Program-made: the position numbers and the translations under genes
Shown here: piece after piece, positions 52,807-60,904 of the stretch
Numbering within the stretch: the first letter of the stretch is position 1
Layout: every line of letters starts with the position of its first letter
Notes under the pieces: generated by a model
The model's input: the letters and a program-made list of their open reading frames with translations, nothing else
The model's database searches: none
What the model was told of the DNA's origin: nothing
NCBI GenBank assembly: GCA_017656335.1
Contig: JACDOA010000006.1
Location: 9,151-73,150 of the forward strand
DNA length: 64,000 bases
Source of the DNA: Thermosipho sp. (in: thermotogales)
GTDB taxonomy: Bacteria; Thermotogota; Thermotogae; Thermotogales; Fervidobacteriaceae
Direction: 5' to 3'

Positions 52807-53272
52807 TTTTACACCTCCTCAGTTCATTAATTAATTTCTGATTTTCTTCAGGAACCTTTATAATCAAGTCTCTTTTATCATTACTTTTGTGTTTTAATTC
52901 AATTTCTATTCCTTTTTCTGTAAAATATTCAGGAAAAATATTTGACCATTCTATTAGAAAAATTCCCTCTTCATCCTCTAATTGACCCTCTAAAACATAA
53001 AAAAGTTCTTCAATATCATTAAGACGATAAAGATCAATATGATAAATTGTTTTCAAATCACTATAAACGTTTACAACTGTAAACGTTGGACTACTTACAT
53101 CTTCAGGTTTAATTCCAAAATTTTCACAAAAATACTTCACAAAAGTTGTTTTTCCAGTTCCTAAATTTCCATTTAAAAAAATAAACCTGTATCCATTTAA
53201 ATTATTAGCAATTATACGAGCTATATCTCTCAAATTTTCAAGAGACACATCATAAATTTCTAATTCAATCAA
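52778..53272 (-). CDS. tsaE: tRNA t6A biosynthesis ATPase TsaE
   Basis: GNLGTGKTTFVK, SPTFT, HIDLYRL and IEW motifs; 164 aa. Its 3' end overlaps the lon start by 29 nt. Confidence 0.85.
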   Translation of the reverse strand: MIELEIYDVSLENLRDIARIIANNLNGYRFIFLNGNLGTGKTTFVKYFCENFGIKPEDVSSPTFTVVNVYSDLKTIYHIDLYRLNDIEELFYVLEGQLEDEEGIFLIEWSNIFPEYFTEKGIEIELKHKSNDKRDLIIKVPEENQKLINELRRCKNGRKSETKI

Positions 53273-53276
53273 TTTT

Positions 53277-53480
53277 TCACCTTCTGAATATTAAATTTAA
53301 AATCAAAGTGAGAATTAAACTAAAAATGATCATAGAAGTAATTGGAATAATTATCACAAAACTTTTCTTCCGTATGATAATATCACCCGGTAAAGGAAAT
53401 AGCTTAACTTTCTCCATTAAAAACATCAGAATTCCCATTATCAGAAATATTAAACCTGTTATTATCATTATTTTCCACAT
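53277..53480 (-). CDS. DUF2905-family small membrane protein
   Basis: PLPGDIIIRKKSFVIIIPITSMI motif typical of DUF2905. I prefer the ATG at 53480 (MWKIM..., 67 aa) to the track start at 53531. It still overlaps the ricT 3' end. Confidence 0.55.
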   Translation of the reverse strand: MWKIMIITGLIFLIMGILMFLMEKVKLFPLPGDIIIRKKSFVIIIPITSMIIFSLILTLILNLIFRR

Positions 53481-54291
53481 TCTTGCCACCACTCCTGAAA
53501 TATTCAAAAGGAAGCGATATAGTATCACCATCTTCAGTATAAATTGTTACTCTCGACAAAAATACATTTACAGTAATAACTTTTGCATTTTTCCCTTCAT
53601 ATTTTATGGTACTTCCTTCATCAGGAATATTTTTCAATGCTTCAACATAAAAATCATATTCATATTTCAGACAACAAAGTAACCTCCCACAAGGTCCGGT
53701 TATCTTAGCAGTGTTTATCATCATTTGTTGCCTCTTTGCATGTTTTAAGGTTATACTATCAAACTCTCTTAGCCAATACGAACAACAAGATTTTAATCCG
53801 CAAAGGCCTAATCCTTTCACAAACTTCATTTCATCTCTTGCACCAACTTGTCTTAATTCAATTCGAGTTTTGAATTCTTTTGCAATATCTTTAACTAATT
53901 CTCTAAAATCAACTCTATTTTTAGAACTAAAATAAATTACAAGTCTTGACCTTTCCATTAACATTTTGGCAAACAAAATTTTCATATTAAGTCTATGTTT
54001 TTTTACTAACTCTTTTGTAATTTCAATTGCTTTGCTAGCTTCTTTTTCGTATTCTTCAATGTTTTTTAAATCTTCTTCAGTAGCTTTTCTAATTATAGGC
54101 TTTAAATCATATCCAATATCCTCAATACTCATTTCTCTTTTCCCAATTAATACCTTTCCATAATCCATTCCAAATTCACTCATTACTATTACTGTATCAT
54201 TTACATTTATTTTCTCACCATTATCAGTGTAATAAATAATAGGACCAAGTGGTGTTAACTCAACACCATATACTTCAGCAGTAAGTATCAT
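53404..54291 (-). CDS. ricT: PSP1-domain protein RicT/YaaT
   Basis: PSP1 C-terminal domain with GLCGLKSCC and CGRLLCCLKYE cysteine motifs; 295 aa. Confidence 0.8.
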   Translation of the reverse strand: MILTAEVYGVELTPLGPIIYYTDNGEKINVNDTVIVMSEFGMDYGKVLIGKREMSIEDIGYDLKPIIRKATEEDLKNIEEYEKEASKAIEITKELVKKHRLNMKILFAKMLMERSRLVIYFSSKNRVDFRELVKDIAKEFKTRIELRQVGARDEMKFVKGLGLCGLKSCCSYWLREFDSITLKHAKRQQMMINTAKITGPCGRLLCCLKYEYDFYVEALKNIPDEGSTIKYEGKNAKVITVNVFLSRVTIYTEDGDTISLPFEYFRSGGKNVENNDNNRFNISDNGNSDVFNGES

Positions 54292-54576
54292 TTTTACCCT
54301 CCTAACGTGAAATAATCTATAACTAATTATATCATGAATTCAAAACAATGACTTTTCTCGAAAATTACTAATAAATAACAAACAAAGCAAAAAAATCTGT
54401 TTTTATTTTCATTTGTTAAAAAATTAATTCCTTACATTATATAACTTTTTTTAAAAGAATTCAATATTTTTGATTTTTTGTTTTTTATTAATTTTTTAAC
54501 TATAATTCAGTCTTTTAAAAATATTAAAAAGATATAATAAGTTAACCAAAAATCTTAAGTTTAAGGGGGGAATGCT

Positions 54577-55653
54577 ATGAAAAAAACTCTTTTTATTATT
54601 ATTGCTATGTTTTCAATTATATTAGTTTTTCAAGGGTGTTTAAACTTATTACCAAATGTTACAGGATCAACAATTAATGGAGTCGCAAAATACTTTGATA
54701 AAAATCAAAATCAACATGGAGGAATTGAAATCATATTAAGTTCAAATAATTCAACAAAAACTACAACTACTGATTCTAATGGAAATTATTCATTTGTTGG
54801 TTTAGAACTTGGCGATTATGTAATTCTAGCTCAAGATCCAAATAGCAATTATTTTCCAGCAAGTTTAGTTACTAGTTTAGTTGCAACTGGAACATATACA
54901 GTTCAAGAACTTGTTCTTACAAAAGTTATAAATCACGTTATAATTTTCAGAGAAACTGAATCTGGATGGGCAAATGCAGGAGTTCCAACAACTGTTATAG
55001 GGGACATTTTAGTTAATAAACTTGGAATGACAGAAGGAACTGGAATTAACCAATTTGAATATCGTAGTTTAAGAGCAGCAACACCAAATCTTCAATTTAA
55101 TTTTGGAGATCTTTTAGTCATCGAAGGTGATCAACCACAAGATTTTTATGACATTTACACCGCTAACAAGAATACTTTTGATACATTTGTAAATAATGGT
55201 GGTGCTATGTTCTGGGTTGCATCTGACAATGGTTGGGCATCTGGTGATTTTACATCAACCTTACCAGGCAGTATTACTTGGAGAGATGGCTATGAAAATA
55301 TAAATAATATTGCTGTTTTTAATCATCCTATAACCAAAAACTTTCCACCACAAATCGAAGGTAACTACGCTAGCCATGGAGGATTCGAAACTAATAACAA
55401 CAACTTAATTAACAACTTAGTATCATATATTGAGGAAGATTCTGGTTTATTACCAACATTTATAGAATATAGGTATGGATATGGACGTGTTTTAGCTACT
55501 ACAATACCATTGGAATGGTATGTAACAAATGGCCCTACAACTGTACCACCAAATTATAACTATAACATATCTTACAAAGATTTATTTGTTCTGATGTTAA
55601 CAAGAGCTTTAAGATACATAATGGGCTTAAATGTATCACCTGATATACTATAG
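54577..55653 (+). CDS. Lipoprotein with a CarboxypepD_reg-like beta-sandwich and an uncharacterised C-terminal domain
   Basis: MKKTLFIIIAMFSIILVFQGC lipobox. TTDSNGNYSFVGLELGDYVILA is typical of carboxypeptidase-regulatory-like domains. The remaining ~250 aa are unassigned. Confidence 0.55.
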   Translation: MKKTLFIIIAMFSIILVFQGCLNLLPNVTGSTINGVAKYFDKNQNQHGGIEIILSSNNSTKTTTTDSNGNYSFVGLELGDYVILAQDPNSNYFPASLVTSLVATGTYTVQELVLTKVINHVIIFRETESGWANAGVPTTVIGDILVNKLGMTEGTGINQFEYRSLRAATPNLQFNFGDLLVIEGDQPQDFYDIYTANKNTFDTFVNNGGAMFWVASDNGWASGDFTSTLPGSITWRDGYENINNIAVFNHPITKNFPPQIEGNYASHGGFETNNNNLINNLVSYIEEDSGLLPTFIEYRYGYGRVLATTIPLEWYVTNGPTTVPPNYNYNISYKDLFVLMLTRALRYIMGLNVSPDIL

Positions 55654-55690
55654 AAAGTTTATAATTTATAAAAGATAAAAATCATAAAAA

Positions 55691-55720
55691 GGCCGAAAAA
55701 TTCGGCCTTTTTTATTTTTT
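55691..55720 (+). terminator. Rho-independent terminator (possibly bidirectional)
   Basis: GGCCGAA-AAA-TTCGGCC perfect 7-bp stem (55691-55707) followed by TTTTTTATTTTTT. Preceded by A5, so it could also terminate minus-strand transcripts. Confidence 0.7.
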
Positions 55721-56577
55721 GCATCTAATGCTTCTTTTAATTTTCTTGTTATTTTCTTCCATCTTTTTTCGGTACTTTTCTTAGTACATCTCTTACAAAA
55801 TGTACATGACACATTTGCCAGCTACTTCCAATTAAAGCTTTCTTTACTGCTCTTCTATTCCTTTATGCCCGTCTGATATTACTAGCTTTACTTTTCTAAG
55901 TCCTCTTCTCTTTATTTCTTCAAATAGTTCTATCCAAAAATCCTCTCCTTCATTTTCTGCAAGTTTCAATCCTAATATCTCTCTGCATCCATCTTTCCTT
56001 ACTCCTGCTACTACTAAAAGGGCTTTTGTTTTGCATCTTCCTATTCTTTCATCTCTGGCCTTATAATAACTTGCAACAACAAGTAAATATGGTATCTCTT
56101 TTTCTATAGGTTTTGTTAGAAATTCTTTTACATTTTCATCTAATTCTTGATCTATCTTTGATACAGTAGCAGGAGATATTTCTTCACTATTTAATACATT
56201 TATTATTTCCTTTACTCTTCTAGTTGATACTCCTTGTATATATGATTCTAAAACAGCATTTCGTAATGCTTTTTCTACACGTGAATATCTGTCAAAAACC
56301 TGTGTTGTAAATGGAAACTCTCTCAGCTGTGGTTTAAAAAGTTCTAAAGTACCATATTTTGTCTTGAGACTTCTCTTTCTATATCCATTCCTATGTGCCT
56401 TTCTAGAAGAGATACGTTCATAGTATGATGCACCAGCTTGAATTTTAGCTTCATATTTCATGATAGTGTTCAAAAATCAGGTCAAAATCTGTTCATTTCA
56501 TCTTCATTATTCTGCAAAAATTGGTGTATAATATTTTCAGAAAGATTAAAAAATTCATCAAGCCCTGTAGTCCTCAT
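55716..56577 (-). pseudogene. Decayed IS256-family (Mutator-like) transposase gene
   Basis: The central ORF 55844-56473 has IS256 hallmarks (YYERISSRKAHRNGYRKRSLKTKYGTLEL, YIQGVSTRRV, VISDGHKG). The N-terminal piece MRTTGLDEFFNLSENIIHQFLQNNEDEMNRF (from ATG 56577) is in another frame. After IEEQ-stop the expected continuation AVKKALIGSSWQMCHVHFVRDVLRKVPKKDGRK is in a different frame. The C-terminal third is missing. Confidence 0.75.
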
Positions 56578-56680
56578 TCCAAAATAACGTGTATGATACT
56601 TATATTACAGCGTGGGATAGGGCTTTTTTATTTTTAGAGCATTTTTTACATTACCTGTCGAAATTGTTGGAGGTGGTTTA

Positions 56681-57433
56681 TTGAGACTACGATTGGAATT
56701 TATTTCGAATGATGATATATTACTGCCTATTGGATTTAATAAATATATTCAAGCTCTTATATATAATTTATTTAGTGAAAAGGTAAGAAATTTTGTCCAT
56801 GAAACCGGTTTTAAAAGCGATAAGAAATTTTCACTTTTTTGTTTTTCATCAATTTTAGAAATTGGTGAATATTTTAAAAGCTTAAAGATATTTAATTTTG
56901 GGAGAAAAATAAGTTTTTATATTTCATCGCCTGTAGAATCACTTTTAAATGATTTGATAAAGGGATTATTCAAAGGAGAGAAATTTAAACTTGGTGAAAA
57001 TGATATTTTTTTATCTTCAGTTATGCTTAATTCTATGGTTATTAAATCTTCTTCAATTATTGTAAATGCTCTTACACCAATTGAGGTACATAAAACGTTT
57101 AAAACAAATGGAAAAAATAAAACAATATATTTTTCCCCATTTGATTATGAATTTGAAAGATTAATAAACATAAATCTAAAAAATAAATGGAAAGCTTTTA
57201 CAAATGAAGAGTTATCAGAAAAAAAAAGAATAGCTATAAAACCTTTATTTGAAGGATTTTCAAACAAAAGAGTTGTTTATTATGGCTTTGGTAAAAAGAG
57301 ATATGTTATTGAGGGTTGGAAAGGTACTTATCAGTTGTTGGGAAATCCAACATTACTAAATTTTTTATATGATGCGGGTTTAGGAAGTAAAAATTCCCAA
57401 GGGTTTGGTTTTATTGAAAAAAAGGGGGAATAA
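56681..57433 (+). CDS. cas6: CRISPR endoribonuclease Cas6 (type I-B)
   Basis: 250 aa. C-terminal glycine-rich loop GLGSKNSQGFGFIE typical of Cas6. TTG start after GGAGGTGG. First gene of the cas operon. Confidence 0.8.
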   Translation: MRLRLEFISNDDILLPIGFNKYIQALIYNLFSEKVRNFVHETGFKSDKKFSLFCFSSILEIGEYFKSLKIFNFGRKISFYISSPVESLLNDLIKGLFKGEKFKLGENDIFLSSVMLNSMVIKSSSIIVNALTPIEVHKTFKTNGKNKTIYFSPFDYEFERLININLKNKWKAFTNEELSEKKRIAIKPLFEGFSNKRVVYYGFGKKRYVIEGWKGTYQLLGNPTLLNFLYDAGLGSKNSQGFGFIEKKGE

Positions 57434-57437
57434 TTTT

Positions 57438-59204
57438 ATGATAAAACAAATGGTTGATTTTTCAAAGAAGCTTGAGAAATCAGGTTTTTATTCTCTTGAT
57501 AATTACGAGCAAAGTGATTTATTGTATGTTGTAATCCCATATAAAAATAAAAGTAATTTTTATTTTGTTTTAGATGACAATCTTTATGAGAAATTTTCAC
57601 AAATATCATTTAGGAATGTGAAAAAAATTGATGAAGTTGATGATGAATTGAGAAAGATTTTAAAAAATGTGAAAAAATTTACCAAAAAACTTCCTGGAGA
57701 CGAAAAAGGCAATAAAAGTATTGGAGCAAATAAAGGAACAAATTCTTATAACTTGTTTATATTTCAATCGCCAAGGAATAAAATAGATGAAAAAATTCTT
57801 AGAGTTTATAATGAAAAAACATTAAATTCATCTCAAGTCCAGAAAATTATTGAAAAAATCCCAAGGGAACTTAATTTGTATGATAATGAAACTGAAAAAT
57901 TTATTGAAGAATTAAAAAATTTGGTAAAAAGTTTATCATTTACCAAAGAAGAAGCCGAAAAGTTATCATTTAATGTACAAAAAATATCTAATGAAGTTTT
58001 TGGAAAAGATCTATCGGATGTAAATAAAAATATTTATTTTGTTTTTGATATACCAAATAAGGTATTATATAAAGCATTTTACAATGTTTATATAAAGCAG
58101 AAAATATTTGTTGTGGAAGATAAAAAGTATATGTATAAAGGGAAGTGCCCAATTTGTGGTAAAGAAGAAATACTATCACTTCCGTTTTATTTAAATACTT
58201 TAAATGAGAAAAAACCATTTTTGAGAAATCTTGGAAGAAAAATAGATTTGAATATTTTAATGTGTGCAGATTGTTCTTTAAAAGTTGTTAATTTTATTAG
58301 CAAATTTCTAAGTAAAGTTAAAACTTTTCCATTGTTTGTAGATGAAAATTTAAGAGATTTTGAAATAACGTATTTTAATGAAAATTTAGAAAAGTATAGT
58401 TTTAGAGATATATTACAACAGGTAGTTGAAAATATAGAGGGCAGAAATAAAGTACTTGATTTTTACTTGATTTTGTATCAAAACGATTTTGTTTATATAG
58501 ATTTTGTATCAAATTTCAAGTATAAGTTTAAAGATAAAAATGTTTTTGAAATAGAAAAAATGATAGATTATTTGTTTGATAACAGATTAAAGGGAAATTA
58601 TTTTGGAGAAGTTTCTGTGAAAGATGAAAATTTAAAGAAAATAATTTACAAATATAGAACTTTGATATTTGATTTTGTATATCGCGCAAAATACGATAGT
58701 TTAAATCGAGAAATTATAGACAATATTTTTTATGATGTTTTAGCTTATAATCTTAAAAAGTCATATAAAGATAATGGTATAAAATTTTTGGAAAAATTAG
58801 AAAATTACAAAATACTAAATAAGATTTTTGGGGGTGATTTTATGGAAAATCTTGATAGTATCGATTTAGGTAATTTGGAAAATATAGAAAATAATCGTCA
58901 GTATTATTACCTACTAGGAAAGATAACAGGACATCTTTTAAAACAATCAAATGCAGCTGAAAAAACACATTCTATGGTTGAACCTTTTATTAATGTCAGT
59001 AATTCAGAAATAATGCTCGAGAGAATTATAGAGTTATTTAATAAATACAAGCATGCTATAAAGCTTGATAATACAAAGTTTTCAAGAATGTTTAAGCTTG
59101 TATTGGAATATTTTAATTCTGGAAAGGTTCAAGAAAAAATAACAAAAAATGATAAATTTTATTTCTTTGAAGGATATTTTGAAGAAAATTCTAAAAGGGG
59201 GTAA
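57438..59204 (+). CDS. cas8b: Type I-B large subunit Cas8b (Cst1-like)
   Basis: 588 aa between cas6 and cas7. Cys pairs CPICGKEE...CADCS. Position and size fit Cas8b/Cst1. The ATG at 57438 follows AAAGGGGGA. Confidence 0.7.
   Translation: MIKQMVDFSKKLEKSGFYSLDNYEQSDLLYVVIPYKNKSNFYFVLDDNLYEKFSQISFRNVKKIDEVDDELRKILKNVKKFTKKLPGDEKGNKSIGANKGTNSYNLFIFQSPRNKIDEKILRVYNEKTLNSSQVQKIIEKIPRELNLYDNETEKFIEELKNLVKSLSFTKEEAEKLSFNVQKISNEVFGKDLSDVNKNIYFVFDIPNKVLYKAFYNVYIKQKIFVVEDKKYMYKGKCPICGKEEILSLPFYLNTLNEKKPFLRNLGRKIDLNILMCADCSLKVVNFISKFLSKVKTFPLFVDENLRDFEITYFNENLEKYSFRDILQQVVENIEGRNKVLDFYLILYQNDFVYIDFVSNFKYKFKDKNVFEIEKMIDYLFDNRLKGNYFGEVSVKDENLKKIIYKYRTLIFDFVYRAKYDSLNREIIDNIFYDVLAYNLKKSYKDNGIKFLEKLENYKILNKIFGGDFMENLDSIDLGNLENIENNRQYYYLLGKITGHLLKQSNAAEKTHSMVEPFINVSNSEIMLERIIELFNKYKHAIKLDNTKFSRMFKLVLEYFNSGKVQEKITKNDKFYFFEGYFEENSKRG
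58842..59204 (+). CDS. cas11: Possible internally initiated Cas11b small subunit (in frame within cas8b)
   Basis: GGGGGTGA at 58830-58837, 4 nt before an in-frame ATG at 58842. Gives 120 aa (MENLDSIDLGNLENIENNRQYYYLLGKITGHLL...), helical-looking. No separate cas11 gene in the operon. Confidence 0.4.
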   Translation: MENLDSIDLGNLENIENNRQYYYLLGKITGHLLKQSNAAEKTHSMVEPFINVSNSEIMLERIIELFNKYKHAIKLDNTKFSRMFKLVLEYFNSGKVQEKITKNDKFYFFEGYFEENSKRG

Positions 59205-59209
59205 TTTAA

Positions 59210-60136
59210 ATGTTTAATAAGAGATGCTATGGATTAATTGTTTTAAAAAGTGAAAATAGCAATTGGAATGCGGATTTTACAAAATACCCTAGGAGATTAC
59301 CAGATGATAATGGGACGATATTTGCAACTGATAAGGCAGCAAAATATGCAATAAGGAAATTTTGGATAGACTCAAATGAAAGAGTTTTTGTTTGGAGAAC
59401 TTTTAAAGAGAATGGACAACCAAGATCACTAGAAGAAACTGACCAATATTGGCAGGAAATTTTAAAGGATGAGATTAAAAAAATAAAAGTAAAACAAAAA
59501 AACAAAAAGAATAAAGAGGAAGAGACAGAAATTATCGATAGAATGGATTTCTTCAATAAGTTTATAGATGTGAAATTTTTTGGAATAACATTTTCTAAGG
59601 GAAATGAACAACTTTCTATAACTGGTCCTTTACAAATAAGTTATGGGATAAACAAATATAACGTGAATTCACCTTATGTTGTAGATATTTCTTCTCCGTT
59701 TAGAAATAAAGAAGGAGATAAGCAAACAACATTAGGAAATGAAATAAGAAATTTAAAGTCTTTTTATGTTTATGACTTTGTGATGAACCCAAAAAATTTA
59801 CCTGAAGGAATGAGTATAGAGGAAGAAGATTTATTAAAACTAAAAGAAGCTCTTAAAAAATTTGCAACCAACCTTAATACAACTTCGAAAATAGGAACAG
59901 AAAATGCTATGCTTTTGTTTATAACATTGAAGGAAGATTCTAAGTTGCTCCTTCCAACTATGAAAAATCTTGTATCAATAGATGATGATAATGTTATTAA
60001 TCTTTCTAAAATTTCAGATTTGTTGAAGAATTACACTGAAGAGATTGAATCTATAGAACTTTATCATAATGAAGTTATTAATAAGGTTGTAGGATTAGAA
60101 CTAGAGAATGTTAAAAAGTTTGACATTCTTCTTTAA
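59210..60136 (+). CDS. cas7: Type I-B backbone subunit Cas7 (Cst2/DevR family)
   Basis: N-terminal YGLIVLKSENSNWNADF, like Cas7 of subtypes Tneap/Hmari; 308 aa. Operon position after cas8b. Confidence 0.8.
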   Translation: MFNKRCYGLIVLKSENSNWNADFTKYPRRLPDDNGTIFATDKAAKYAIRKFWIDSNERVFVWRTFKENGQPRSLEETDQYWQEILKDEIKKIKVKQKNKKNKEEETEIIDRMDFFNKFIDVKFFGITFSKGNEQLSITGPLQISYGINKYNVNSPYVVDISSPFRNKEGDKQTTLGNEIRNLKSFYVYDFVMNPKNLPEGMSIEEEDLLKLKEALKKFATNLNTTSKIGTENAMLLFITLKEDSKLLLPTMKNLVSIDDDNVINLSKISDLLKNYTEEIESIELYHNEVINKVVGLELENVKKFDILL

Positions 60137-60148
60137 GGAGGCATCCAA

Positions 60149-60904
60149 ATGAAAGCCTTTTCTTTTGAAATTAGGGGTGATATGGGTTTTTTTAAGAAAA
60201 ATGATGGAAATGATATTGTGCAAACAACTTATAATTTTATTCATAAGCCTGCAGTGTTAGGAATATTTGGTGCAATCTTAGGATTTAAAGGATACTATCG
60301 TGTTGATAGAAAAGACTATATGGAATATTATGAAAAATTAAAAAGATTTAAAATTGCAATAATACCTGGATATAATAAGCCTTTAAAAAAAACATTAGTA
60401 AAATATAATAATTCATCTGGACTTGCATCAGAAGAAATAGGAGGAGTTTTACAAGTTGAGGAACAAGTAATAATAGAACCTTTATCTTTTAAAATAATTG
60501 TTCCACTTATTGATAGTTTTTCAAATGAAGAAATAAAGATTTTTAGTAATTTAGAAAATATGATCAAAAATAATTATTCTGAATTTCCTATATACTTTGG
60601 TAAAAATGAATTTCTGGCATATTTTCAAGGATATAGATCTGTCGTACTTGAAAAGGTATCAGATGATATGGGTTATATATCTTCACTTGTTAGAAAAAGT
60701 GAAGTAGAAATTTTATATGATAGTGGTTTTGGGCTTTTTGAAGATACTGAAGAAAAAACCACAATTTTTGAGGAACTTCCTTATGATTTTGATGAAAGTG
60801 GAATGTATAAAAAAGATATTTTTGTATTGACTGAAAATAAAGTTAAAATCAAAAATACTTCAAATTTTTGGAGGAAAAATAATGAATTTGTTTATATTTT
60901 CTGA
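60149..60904 (+). CDS. cas5: Cas5 (type I-B, Cas5t/Cas5h-like)
   Basis: 251 aa. N-terminal FEIRGDMGFFKK...TYNFIHKPAVLGIFGAILG matches the Cas5 N-terminal motif. RBS AAGGAGG. Confidence 0.7.
   Translation: MKAFSFEIRGDMGFFKKNDGNDIVQTTYNFIHKPAVLGIFGAILGFKGYYRVDRKDYMEYYEKLKRFKIAIIPGYNKPLKKTLVKYNNSSGLASEEIGGVLQVEEQVIIEPLSFKIIVPLIDSFSNEEIKIFSNLENMIKNNYSEFPIYFGKNEFLAYFQGYRSVVLEKVSDDMGYISSLVRKSEVEILYDSGFGLFEDTEEKTTIFEELPYDFDESGMYKKDIFVLTENKVKIKNTSNFWRKNNEFVYIF

Noticed and set aside
53308-54163. Three plus-strand ORFs (53308-53682, 53711-53935, 53966-54163)
   Set aside because: All are antisense to ricT/DUF2905. The products are hydrophobic low-complexity sequence with no start context.
44630-56680. 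Searched the intergenic spacers for a CRISPR array or degenerate repeats near the cas operon
   Set aside because: No regularly spaced direct repeats are visible in 44630-45170, 45864-46121, 54292-54576 or 55654-56680.
57405-57437. Track start of cas8b at 57405, overlapping cas6
   Set aside because: The ATG at 57438 has a proper RBS (AAAGGGGGA). The upstream codons are simply the cas6 3' end read in another frame.
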